Origin: the human T2T-CHM13v2.0 reference genome, Homo sapiens
Reading direction: 5' to 3' (one strand)
Length of the DNA stretch: 64,000 bases
NCBI RefSeq assembly: GCF_009914755.1
Contig: NC_060931.1
How positions within the stretch are numbered: position 1 is the first letter of the stretch; each line of letters opens with the position of its first letter. Shown here piece after piece: positions 13,957-25,710 of this stretch. Both the position numbers and the translations under genes were made by a program. Below the pieces are notes generated by a model. The model saw nothing but the letters and a program-made list of their open reading frames with translations, was not told the origin of the DNA and made no database searches.

Positions 13957-15034
13957 TGTCAAATTAAATTTAGGCTAACGCTGCCTCCTTACATTCAAGT
14001 TCATCCTAAAGGTTTCTTCACACACAGTGAACTATACCCTCTTTGGATGTGTAAAAAGACTGTAACCTACTCTTGTGCAATCACTGAGTTTCAAATGTGG
14101 CCAATTGTTCAAATCATGTTCAAATATGACAAATGTAAAGGAAAGTTTTTAAAAAAATCTCAGGATCTCATACTCCCTATGCAAAAGGGAAGCGTAAGCT
14201 TGGAGGCCGTCTTGCAACATTCTCTTCCAAATGAATAGCTATTGCTAGCATTGTGCCAGATTCCCAAGGAAAGATAAACGGCCTCGGGCATCATGAATAA
14301 CTTGCTCCCATAGAAGATTCATAGGTAAATTCTTTCATGGCCTCCCACAAACAAGGACATACCAATTATACCAATTGTAACTTTAGGTCTACAGCCTAAG
14401 TCTAACTCCCAAAACTAAAGTCTGATTCCACACTGATGCTATCAATCACAAGCTTATTTTCCCAGGTTCAGAACAAAAACAAGAGGAGATCAGTCATTCT
14501 TCCACCTACCGAGAGATGCCTGCATAATTGATTTTTCCTCTATTACCTTTTTCTCTTCGAACATTCACCTTACCTTATGTAAAATGTAGATTACGGGGTA
14601 CTAACTAAAGTCTCACAGGAATATAACTATTTGCCTTAATGCCTGTCTCTCTTCCTAAGTGCCTTCCCCCATTTAAGGGAAAGTATAAACATAAAACCTC
14701 CTGAACACCTCTTCAGAAAACCTCCTTGCTTTTTCCCAGATGTGTCCTAAAGCTGGCTTATTAAACTTCGATTGATTGGGACTTTTGCCTTAGTTACTCA
14801 TTTTGTTTGTCACAAAAGTCAAGGTGTAACCAATCTAGCTGTTTCTGAACCTCACTTCTGTACATCATTTTCTGTATGTCACTTATCTTCTCCTGCCCAA
14901 AAATCTTTTCCAACCACGTGGCAGTGCTGGAGTCTCTCTGAACCTGTTCTGGTTTGCGAGGCTGCCCGATTCTTGAATGGTTCTTTGATCAATTAAACTG
15001 TTAAATTTAATTTTTCTGAGGTTTTTCTTTAAAG
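13957..15034 (+). mobile_element. ERV1 MER57-like solo LTR, interrupted by a nested LTR
   Basis: tgtcaaattaaattta...gctgcctccttacat...gactgtaacctactcttgtg, resuming at gtaaccaatctagctgtttctg...ttaaatttaat. Confidence 0.72.
14134..14812 (+). mobile_element. ERV1 MER4-group solo LTR nested in the MER57-like LTR
   Basis: TGTAAAGGAAA...ctatgcaaaagggaagcgtaagcttgg...ATTAAA...TGTCA, with CAAA on both sides. Confidence 0.68.
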
Positions 15035-16415
15035 AAATATAAAGCCCAGGAAGCACAGTTTATTCACCTCATTGAATTTTATTCCTATCCAAACATTCCT
15101 ATTGGCAAACTCTCAGAAACACAAAAGATGCTTCACCAACTCTCTTTTATAAATAATAGAGCCTCAATAATTCTTCTAAGATGATTATCCTTGATCATTT
15201 AATATAGAAACCTACTGGACAAAGTTCCAGTTTAGTGGTTCCTTTTATTAAAATCCCTATTAATAAGTTTAAGAAGGGGCCTGGGTTCAATATTTCCTAT
15301 TTTTATAAAAATGGAATCTCTTCATAATATGATATCTGACAAAAAATCTCACTGTTATAAACACAGACAGTGTAGCATATAGCCCAATTATTTGATGTAA
15401 CTTCAAATCTGATCCTTTGAAATTAGAACAGAAAATCAATTGTATATCCTTGTGAAACAGCTGATTCTTTATTACAGTGTAACTTGCATTCCAATCAACT
15501 GCCATCTTTGTTTTATTCCTGCTGTATCAGTTGTCTGCTAATCAGTATGTTTAACACTGAAATGGAATATCAATTTCTCCTTGGAAAATATGCACCATAA
15601 AATCCTCTTTGAAATGGTTTTATATTGTATTTCAACAAAATAATTCCATATTAGTTATTTTTCTCATGCTTTTGATGCTGTTTTTGAAATGCACAGTTTT
15701 ACAAAGGTGCCCATGGGTAAGCCAAATGTCTTACATAAGCAGCCAGTTCTGTTTCAAATGACTCTCTTCCCAGAGTCTCGTGGATGAGCCCCTACTGGCT
15801 GTTGAAATATAGAAGCTTTGTGTGATTTGAAACTCTCAGCTGGCTTTCCAGGCCCAAAGAGACACAGAGTCAGTGTGTAAAGAGAGATTCATTGGTGCAC
15901 AGCTTTCTTCTTCTACTTAGTTTCTTACCCAGTATCTTTTGCTTTTTAATGTTAATACCCCTGCTGCTGTATTCCCACTGTGTGAGAGATTATTCCTACC
16001 ATTTAAATAAAAGGTACTGGGCAAAAAGCAATGGATGAGAATAACCTGACACCATTAAAGTACCTTTACTTCATTCATTTTCCCTTTTACCTGGAGGGAA
16101 TCATTATCACCACTGCAGTTTTTAACATGCTGTGTATTTATAAGGCAAACTGAAGGCCTTTTGTGCTGGATTAGGATGATGGGTTAGTAAAGCTTGCAAG
16201 AGGTGGAGCTGTTCTAGTGTGAGAGGAAACATTACAGACTTTAAATAGCACAGTCATAGAATGATGTGGCAGAGAAGACACACCTTGCTTTGCTAAATAT
16301 GGCAAACAAACAGATTTTACATTGAAGTTATTATATTCAAAAAATAATGTCTTTAAAGCTTCAGTGGCAAATAATTAAATAAACTCTACATTAATAAAAA
16401 GGTTAATCATCTCAC

Positions 16416-16569
16416 CAAAACACATTGGGTCCATGGACCCCATTCAGATATCACACAGTCCTCAGGGCATGGTAATTTGCACACTCTAGAGCCCAGGGGC
16501 ATCTCTTCTGGGTCACAGAGGTAATCCTCTACATGTTCAGAAGGGCCATCTGCTGTATTCTGCATGCAT
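16416..16569 (-). CDS. THSD7A: THSD7A coding exon (154 nt, phase 2-0): CMQNTADGPS...WGPWTQCVL
   Basis: Acceptor ttcttttctag|A, donor TTG|gtgaga. Lies inside ORF 16407..16589. Confidence 0.95.
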
Positions 16570-18172
16570 CTAGAAAAGAACATAAACATATTCTAGAAAA
16601 TATACATACATTCTAGAAGTAAAGAAAACAGGACAATTAGAATGACCAACCCACAGGACAGATGGTTCTCCTTAAGACATCGTTATGGGGGTGGGGAGTA
16701 GGAAGCTTTGTTATCTAATAAAATTCTCCACAAATGAAGACTTAAAAGGATCTTTGCCTCTCCTAAATATCTGTAGTGCTTCTGCATGATTCAAAAATGT
16801 GTTTGCATTCATGAGTCTTTGACTATAAGAGCCACTGTGTATATGTAAACTCTGCATGTTATGCAAGCTTCCTCTGAAAGAAGAGGGTCATTTATACACA
16901 TATGAGGGAGAAACTAATGAGGAACTGTCCAAAGAGCTTCGTAGAGGGCTTACAATTTGGCATATAATGCATTTATTCTTCTCAAGAAAATGATGGATTT
17001 CATAGAGAAGGTAGAGTTAGTTGATTTATATGTGATGAGAGACCAGGCACACTGAAATCTCTAAGTGGGAGATTTCATTGAGTGTTTTTGAAAACAACTA
17101 GAGGCATTTATCGATTCATTTTGTCATTTTAAAAGTAATTTTAGCCTCCCTTCTGCTGTGAATCTTAAAAGAAAGTGAGAAGTGAAAAGACAATTATAAT
17201 TGGTATCGCATAGGTTCTCTAAATATGGTTATTTGGATTTTCCTACTACTTGACTTGAAAAAATTGTTAGTTTGTGTTCCATTTTATTCTCCTGTAAGCA
17301 GTCATGAAGGGCTCCTTATTCATCTTTTGGGAGTCTAATTAACATGGCTACTATCAGACTTCACTTTTACCATAGTAAATAATCTCTCTGGGCACTTAAG
17401 TATTATAGCAGGAGAGAAAACCTTTATCTCTCATGTGTAACTTGGAAAAGGTCAGCCAACTTAATGGATTTAGGAACAGAACTGCATTTCAGGAGTTGAA
17501 AAGGAAGGCTTGAACTCTCAAGTCTCTCAAACCTAGTGTCATGTTTTAAAATATCACTTGAATTATATTGCCAGTGATACCTGGAATCCCAACTTTTATC
17601 AGGGATTTACAATCAGCAGGGACATTCACAAATCTCCTCTGCAGAGTCACCTTGCTATGCAGTGCTGCTGAACTTAGGAATGTCCTTTCCCTGTGGGATA
17701 CATTCAAACACTGGAAAACTGTGTTGTTGGTCATGTCTTAATGAGCCTGTAGCCTGAAAAAAATACCCAAACAAATACCTACCTGTGCATTTTTTTTTTG
17801 TATACTGGATACATACATAAAAAGCAATCACAAAAATATGCAAAGTAGATATTGATATGATTTCCTTGTTGAAAAAAATAAATCAAATTGTGAATATTTT
17901 TGGGAGAATCTGAGTTTCCCAGGAAAAATTTCTACCTTCAATATCATTAAAAAAATGTTATGGTGACAGCAGCTTAGAGACATGTTGCAGACAGGACATT
18001 TCAGTGCTCAAAAGTTGCATTTGCTCCTAAGAATATATTACATTTGAGTAGGTGGTGTCACTATATGCAAGGATTAACTTGTAGAATTACCTATTGACCA
18101 GAGTTAAGAACAGATATCCAACACTCTATTAAGCAGTTATGTCCATAAATCTTTATTTTCAAAGATTTCTCT

Positions 18173-20509
18173 TGATATGATTTGGCTGTGTGTCCCCACC
18201 CAAATCTCATGCTGAATTGGAATTCTCAGTGTTGCAGGAGGGGCCTGGTGGGAGGTCACTGGATCATGGGGGCAGATGTTCCCCTTGCTGTTCATGATAG
18301 TGAGTTCTCATGAGATACAATGGTTTAAAAGTGTGCGGCACTTCCCCCTTTGCTTTTTCTCTCTCTTGCCACCATGTGAAAATGTGCTTGCTTCCTCTTC
18401 ACCCTTATGCCATGATTGTAAGTCTCCTCATGCCTCCCCAGAAACAGAAGCCTATACAATCCACAGAACCATGAGCTGATTAAACCTCTTTCTTTATAAA
18501 TTACCCCATCTCAGGTAGTTCTTTATAGCAGTGTGAAAACAGACTAATACAGAAAATTGGTACAAAAGAAGTGTAGCATTGCTATAAAGTTACCTGAAAA
18601 AGTGGAAGCAGCTAAGGAACTGGGTAATGGGCAGAGGTTGGAACAGTTTGGAGGGATCAGAAGAAGACAGGAAGATGACGGAACGTTTGGAACTTCCTAA
18701 AGACTTGTTGAATAGTTGTGACAAAAATGCTGATAGAAATATGGATGGTGAAATCCAGGCTGAGGTGTTCTCAGATGGAGATGATGAGCTTATTGGGAAG
18801 TGGAGTAAAGCCCACTTTTGCTATACTTTAGCAAAGAGATGGGTGGCATTGTGCCCCTGCTCTAGAGATTTGTGGAACTTTGAACTTGAGAGAGATGACT
18901 TAGGGTATTTGGTGGAAGAAATTTCTAAGCAGCAAAACATTCAAGATGTGGCCTGGCTGCTTCTAAAAGCCTAGCTTATTTGGATAAACAAGTAAATGAC
19001 CCCAAACTGGAACTTATATTTAAAAAGTAAGAAGAGCATAAAAGTTTAGAAAATTTGCAGCCCCACCACGTGGTAGAAAAGAAAAACCCATTTTCTGGGA
19101 AGGAATTCAAGCCAGATGCAGGAATTTGCATAAGTAAAGAGGAGCCAAATGTTAGTAGCCAAGACATGGGGAAAATGCCTCCAAGACATTTCAGACAACT
19201 TCATGACAGCCACTCCCATCACAAGCCCAGAGGCCTAGGAGGGAAATTTGGTTTTGTGGGCCAGGCTCATGGCTCCACTGCTCTGTGCAGCCTCAGGACA
19301 TGGCACCTTGCAACCCAGTCTCTCCAGCTCCAGCCATGGTTAAAAGGGGCCAAGGTACAGCTCAGGCTATTGCATTAGAGGGTGCAAGTCCCAAACCCTT
19401 GTGGCTTCCACATGGTGTTGGGCCTGTGGGTGCACAAAAGGTAAGAGTTCAGGCTTGGGAGCCTCCACCCGGATTTCAGAGGATGTATGGAAATGCCTGG
19501 ATGTCCTGGCAGAAGTCTGTTGCAGGGGTGGAGCTTTCAGTACTAGGGAAGTGTGAAGCAGAAATGTGGGGTTGGGCCCCCCCACACAGAGTCCCCACTG
19601 GGGCACTGTCTAGTGGAGCTGTGGAAGTAGGGCCACAGTTCTCCAGACCCCAGAATGACAGATCCACTGACAGCTTGCACTGTGCACCTGGAAAAGCTAT
19701 AGACACTCAATGCCAGCTCATGAAAGCAGCCTTGGGGGCTGTACCCTGCAGAGCCACAGGGGTCGAGCTGCCCAAGGCCTTGGGAACCCACCCCTGTGTC
19801 ATTGTGTCCTGGATGTGAGACACAGAGTCAAAGGAGATTATTTTGAAGCTTTAAAATTTAATGACTGAACTGCTGGGTTTTGGACTTGCATGGGGCCTGT
19901 AGCCACTTTGTTTTGGCGAATATCTCCCATTTGGAATGGGAGAATTGTATCTTGGAAGTAACTAACTTGCTTTAGATTTTACAGGTTCACAGGCAGAGGG
20001 GACTTGCCTTGTCTCAAATGAGATTTTGGATTTGAACTTTAGAGTTAATGCTAGAATGAGTTAAGGCTTTGGGAGACTGTTGGGAAGGTATGGTTGTATT
20101 TTGAAATATGAGAAATACATGAGATTTGGGAAGTGCCAGGGTGGAATGATATGGTTTGGCTCTATGTCCCCACCCAAATCTCATGTTGGGGGAGGGACCT
20201 GGTAGGAGGTGATTGGATCATAGGGCAGATTTTCCCCTTGCTGTTCTCATGATAGTGAGTGAGTTCTCATGAGATCTGGTTGTTGTAAAGTGTGTGGCAC
20301 TTCCCCCTTCGCTCTTTCTCTCTCCTGCTGCCATGTGAAGATATGCTTGCTTCTGCTTCACCCTTTTGTCATGATTGTAAGTTTCCTGAAGGCTCCCGAG
20401 CCATGTCTCTCCTGTACTGCCTGTGGAACTGTGAGTCAAATTAAACCTCTTTTCTTTATAAATTAGTCTCAGGAAGTTCTGTATAGCACTATGAGAAAAG
20501 ATTAATACA
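18173..20509 (+). mobile_element. Complete ERVL-MaLR element (MSTA/MSTB-type): LTR 18173-18551, internal 18552-20146, LTR 20147-20509
   Basis: Both LTRs run TGATATG(A/G)TTTGG...TAATACA. Perfect 5-bp TSD TCTCT at 18168-18172 and 20510-20514. Decayed MaLR internal ORF pieces at 18627..19818. Confidence 0.92.
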
Positions 20510-21635
20510 TCTCTCTTCCTTTTATTTTTTTGTTTTACAAGTAATATACTCATTTTAAGAAAATCAGAAGAAATAAAAATTTCCACAATTTCATCAGAGA
20601 TAACCACTCATAACAGACTATATTTATTAATGGACTATTACTTTAAATGTATCTTTTCATTTTACAAAATGGAAGCAAACTTTACCTATTTGTACCATTT
20701 TAAAAATCTACAATATATTATGAACATCTTCCTGTCATTAACTATTTTTCTAAGATATATTTTAATGTCTACATCTGAATTCCATTGCTTAAATGTGCCA
20801 CAATTGTTAAAATGTCCCTGTTGTGGCATTTATACTTACAGGCTTTATTTTTGTTATTTTATATTAAAAATTTTTATAATCACCCTAGAATACAGAATAT
20901 TTGGATCAAGTCTTAAGCCCAAAGGAAGGCACTTTAAATTCCTTTGTTTTCTCCAAATTCTTGGCCTTTCTCCTTTCTAAGGAGCAAGAATTATACTTTG
21001 AGAAAACTGAACTATATTAGAGATACACGGTGTAGAACCAAGTTGTAGGCAAAGGGTTGAGTCAGAAGCCCATCACAGGTGTGGTAATAAGACAGTGTAT
21101 TTTCTGCATAGATTTAAAAAGCAACAATAACTAAGTCTGTCTGTTTTTTATTATTACTGTGTGCTGGCAATTCTAGAAAAAGTCAGTGAAAAAAATATCC
21201 TTCCCTACCAAGGTAAACCACTTCTACCACCACTCCTTGATAGGCCATATCATCCTTAAAGAGGAAGAGTGTAATTGAATAAATTTAAACCTCCTCTTTT
21301 ATAGACCCATCTATCCTGAAATGTTACCCAACACTTGCATTCAAGCAGGACATTTTGACCTTCATTAGCAGAGGATAATTTAAGGGAGGTGTACTACTCA
21401 ATCAGTAACAAACAGAAACATCATTACATGATTAGAGATCGCAATCAATACTGACCTCTCTTCTCTATTTGCATTGAAGTTGTTTACTGAAAAAATAAAT
21501 TGATCTGAAAAGTTACTTTGTTTAGAATGTGTTTGGAAATGTTAAGACTATCTATTTACAAAGCAAAAAAAAAAAAAAAAAAAAGTAACATGTACACAGA
21601 TAGTTGAAGGGAAAGCTGAAAAAACAACCCAGTGG

Positions 21636-21917
21636 TTTGAGATGGAGTCTCGCTATGTGGCCAGGCTGGAGGGCAGTAGCACCGTCTCGGCTCACTGCAA
21701 CCTCTACCTCCTGGGTTCAAGCAGTTCTCCTGCCTCAGCCTCCTGAGTAGCTGGGACTACAGGTGCATGCCACCATGTGCAGCTAATTTTTGTATTTTTA
21801 GTAGAGACAGGGTTTCACCATGTTGGCCAGGATGGTCTTGATTTCTTGACGTTGTGATCTGCCTTCCTCGGCCTCCCAAAGTGCTGGGATTACAGGTATG
21901 AACCACTGTGCCCGGCC
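21636..21917 (-). mobile_element. Alu SINE (AluSc-like) lacking its A-tail
   Basis: Runs tttgagatggagtctcgct...gtgcccggcc. Only 3 T precede the body. Confidence 0.92.
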
Positions 21918-22257
21918 TATAATTTTTTTTACTAATGAAACAACCAACCTGATCAAATTCTTAAGGTAATATTTTTTATTTTGAAGAAAAAAAATAATTT
22001 GAAAGGAGAATAGTGGAAAACAGAATCTCTTTTTCTGTGTCCCTATCTACTTATTACCTCTCTACCTCTTCCCCATTCCCAGTCCACCTATATTAAGGTC
22101 CTCAGAGAAAAAACAAATTGAGAGTTCAGATGGGCTTTTGAAAAAAGAAATATAAAACTTTTTATTAGACATAAAATTATATATAGGTCCATATGCAAAG
22201 GTTTTATACGGTAAAACAAATATTAACTTGTTCTGCTTTCCTACTGAAGTAGATTAA

Positions 22258-22604
<347 letters not shown>

Positions 22605-23009
22605 GTTGGATGTTTTTATATTTGTCTTTCCTGGGTGCCACTGAGAAGGGTTAAAAGAAACCAGTGTATTTAAAAAGAGTGATGGGAGACTTGGGTTTGA
22701 ATTCCAAGGCTGCCACTTTACTAGATGGGTATTCTTGGTACATTATTTAGCACTTGGGAATCTAATCTACAAAATGGAGGTGATAAAACCTCGTGCATTT
22801 GTTTCATAGAGTTCTAGAGCCCTTAAGGATCATGTGATAGATACTGTATGGAAAATTTAACGAGTATCAATCTAGTGTTAGGCAGTAGGGAATTCCTATG
22901 AATATGTGGGGTCTCTGTTTTAAGAAATTTTATAAAGTTTTATTAAGGGGATAGACATGAAGAGGGGTCTTTTCAACACAGTGAGGGGTATATGGAGTGT
23001 AATAGAACA

Positions 23010-23213
23010 ACCCTGTCCAATGGAACTTTCTGCCATTACAAAAAATACTGTATGTCTGCGCTCTCCAACAGATAGCTGCCAGCCACATGTGGCTATGGAG
23101 CACTGAAGCATGGCTAGTGTGACTGGGGAGATGCATTTTTAATTTAATTTAAACTTAATTTTTTTTAATTTAAATTGAGTTAGTGTGGCTAGTGGCTATC
23201 CTATGGGACAGTG
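23010..23213. mobile_element. MER3-like hAT-Charlie DNA transposon fossil
   Basis: ctgtccaatggaactttctg...agccacatgtggcta...gtggctagtggcta...ggacag. Confidence 0.75.
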
Positions 23214-23665
23214 TAGCTACAGAAGAACAAGTGACACGCAGGAACCAGCTGGGGGCTTCAGAGAAAGCTCCCTGGACAACAGGATAGTATTCAGTTAGCC
23301 AGTTTGATACAAAAGAGCAAGAGTTTAAAACAGATTATTTTAGAAAGGAACTTGGAAATATATTTGGCCTTGAAGCAAAAAAGTTATTGGGGTTGAAAAT
23401 CTGCATTAGTTCAGATTGAATATGCTGTTCCTTCTCTTTAAGAGTATTTGAAGTGATGCTTCCTAAATCAGAAGGCCAGAATATAATAAACTGCTGCTTG
23501 AAGCAGATTCTCTTAGAGTTTTCTATGAGCACAGATTCCCTAAAAGCAAAACTGCAGACAATTTTATCCAGAAGACTGGGGAGGAGTGAACAGTCATGTT
23601 GGCACATGTGCAATTGGGAGATAGTTTTGTGTCTTGCTTCTCTGTATAATTAGGCTTTGTCTTAC

Positions 23666-23799
23666 CTCACTTTTCGGGTTTGCACGCCCTCTCCACAGTT
23701 CTCCCGCATATTCACAAAGGTCACCTTGCAGATGCTCCAGGGCTCTGTGACCCATAGGTACTGGTTGCAGTCACTGTGGCATGGGACAACCTCATACAC
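23666..23799 (-). CDS. THSD7A: THSD7A coding exon (134 nt, phase 0-2): VYEVVPCHSDCNQYLWVTEPWSICKVTFVNMRENCGEGVQTRKV(R)
   Basis: Acceptor gtgtgtttcag|GTG, donor GAG|gtaaga. Translated by hand. Confidence 0.94.
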
Positions 23800-24695
23800 C
23801 TGAAACACACATGGTTCTCAGCAATCTCAGGGAATCTGGTAAGAGTGAGGAGGAAGACTTCCACACCATAACAGCAATCATTTCACTGTGAAGCTACTTT
23901 CACTCCCCTCCTTTACTGCTTATTATTCTAACATTGCAATAGAGAGAACTCAAGAGTTCTAGCAGTAGAGGATAGGGCTAACCATATTGTACTCTGTTGC
24001 TCTGCTATTACATTGCAGGTGTAAATCTGATCCACTGGATCACATTAGATAGGTTACATATTTTCCTATGCTGACCCTTAACACACCGTATTGTAACTTT
24101 CTGGACCATCTGTGTCATTTACAGTTTTGTGTGACTTCAATACTAGCCCAGGGTGCTCACATGTTAGGTACTCAATAGGGATTTGCAGAATGATTGAATG
24201 AAGGATGAGGATTGATGAATCAAATAAGTATAAAACATAGCTGTTTTCCAAATAAATATAATTTGGCCTATTTTCCAGATAACTATAAATAATGATGAGA
24301 ATTTAGATTTTTGGTGTGTATCATATGGGAAACTAAATTAAAAAGATAAACAATATGAAATAAAGCCATCTTAAAACTAATCCTCAATCATTTAAGGCTT
24401 GGAAGCAAAGTCTGATATTGGTGTACAAGCCCAAGCAGTGAGGGCCACATGAAACAAGGCAAACTGTCTCTGCTCCAGGGTCCATAAAGCCTTTCAGTCC
24501 CACATTTGGGGTGGTATGCTTGGTTTCAGGTTTTTTTTTAGTACAATGAACCAATTATGTTCTTTTTTCAATGAGAAGAATGACTAAATAAAGGAAATAA
24601 ATGGCACTTAATCCATTGCAACCAAGCTGACTCAAGCATTAAATAAAATTCTTTGAAAGTATTTTTCTAATCTATGATAGTCCAACTCTATCCCT

Positions 24696-24701
<6 letters not shown>

Positions 24702-24741
<40 letters not shown>

Positions 24742-24785
24742 AGAGACAGAGACAGAGAGCGAGAGAGAGAGAAAGGGAAGAGAGA
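24702..24785. repeat. Compound microsatellite: (AC)19 followed by a GA-rich tract
   Basis: Directly visible. Confidence 0.97.
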
Positions 24786-24925
24786 AACTATAGCTTTTTA
24801 TGTAATGAATTCTAGAAAAGATAGATTTAAATAGCCCTTTGCAGCCATTCTTTTGTGCCAATTTTAGTGAACTAAAAACCTAAGTAAAATGAATAAAGTG
24901 GACCTGTCTCAAAGAGGAATAAAAA

Positions 24926-25052
24926 AATGCTAGATGACACGTTAGTGGGTGCAGCGCACCAGCATGGCACATGTATACATATGTAACTAACCTGCACAAT
25001 GTGCACATGTACCCTAAAACTTAGAGTATAATAAAAAAAAAAAACATTAAAA
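24926..25052 (+). mobile_element. L1HS pre-Ta 3' terminal fragment (about 125 bp) with TSD
   Basis: GATGAC-ACG-TTAG (ACG at 24939-24941) and CTTAGAGTAT diagnostics, poly-A tail, TSD AAAAAAATGC at 24921-24930 and 25053-25062. Confidence 0.9.
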
Positions 25053-25640
25053 AAAAAAATGCACTGTTGGAGTCAAATTCTGCAATTATTGCCATAAGTG
25101 ATTATATTCACATTTAGTTGCTGTATTAAAAATAGAACTAAATAGCACAGGATAAAACATTACCCTACAACTTGCAGTGAAAAGAAAAACTGAAGGAGAA
25201 ATGCTCTTCTTCTTAATCCTTTGATGGCTTTTATTTTAAACTCCTGTACTGAAGTGAATACCCATCAGTTCAGAACAATCTCCAACCCACCCATTTTCAG
25301 TCCACTTGCACTTTTTCCTTCTCCCTCTGAAAAGCACAAGACCATTAATAATGGGTGTCACTGCCTGTCGAGATTAGCGAAGTGAAACTTGTTCTCCCCA
25401 ACTCTTGTTCACCTCAGTCCTTGATATTACAATGAGGGATATGAAATGTAGGAACACAGGTAACTATGATAGAAAAGAAAAATAAAACAGTTATAGAAAA
25501 AAATTCTTTAATGGAAAATATGACATTTTCTCCCTGTAAAACATAAAAGACAAAGCAAGAAGAGAAATGTATTCTCAGAAATCAGGAAATTTAAGAAAAG
25601 AAGGATTCTATCAAAAAGCATGAGGTTTAAGAGTTCTTAC

Positions 25641-25646
25641 CTGTGC
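25641..25646 (-). CDS. THSD7A: THSD7A 6-nt microexon (GCACAG = Ala-Gln, phase 0-0)
   Basis: Minus strand reads ...tttctctcccttttcatcattcctgttgaacaccactccag|GCACAG|gtaagaac, with a near-consensus donor. It supplies the AQ in ...DHVNQ-AQ-VYEVV... that I recall from the reference protein. Confidence 0.88.
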
Positions 25647-25703
25647 CTGGAGTGGTGTTCAACAGGAATGATGAAAAGGGAGAGAAATAAGGTAGGTGAA
25701 AAT

Positions 25704-25710
25704 GTCAGTA
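25704..25710 (-). promoter_or_regulatory. Candidate distant branch point (TACTGAC) for the microexon acceptor
   Basis: One mismatch from TACTAAC, about 58 nt upstream of the AG, with no AG in between. Confidence 0.6.

Noticed and set aside
18627-19818. Overlapping 107-177 aa ORFs
   Set aside because: They lie within the MST-internal region and are fragmented remnants of the MaLR ORF.
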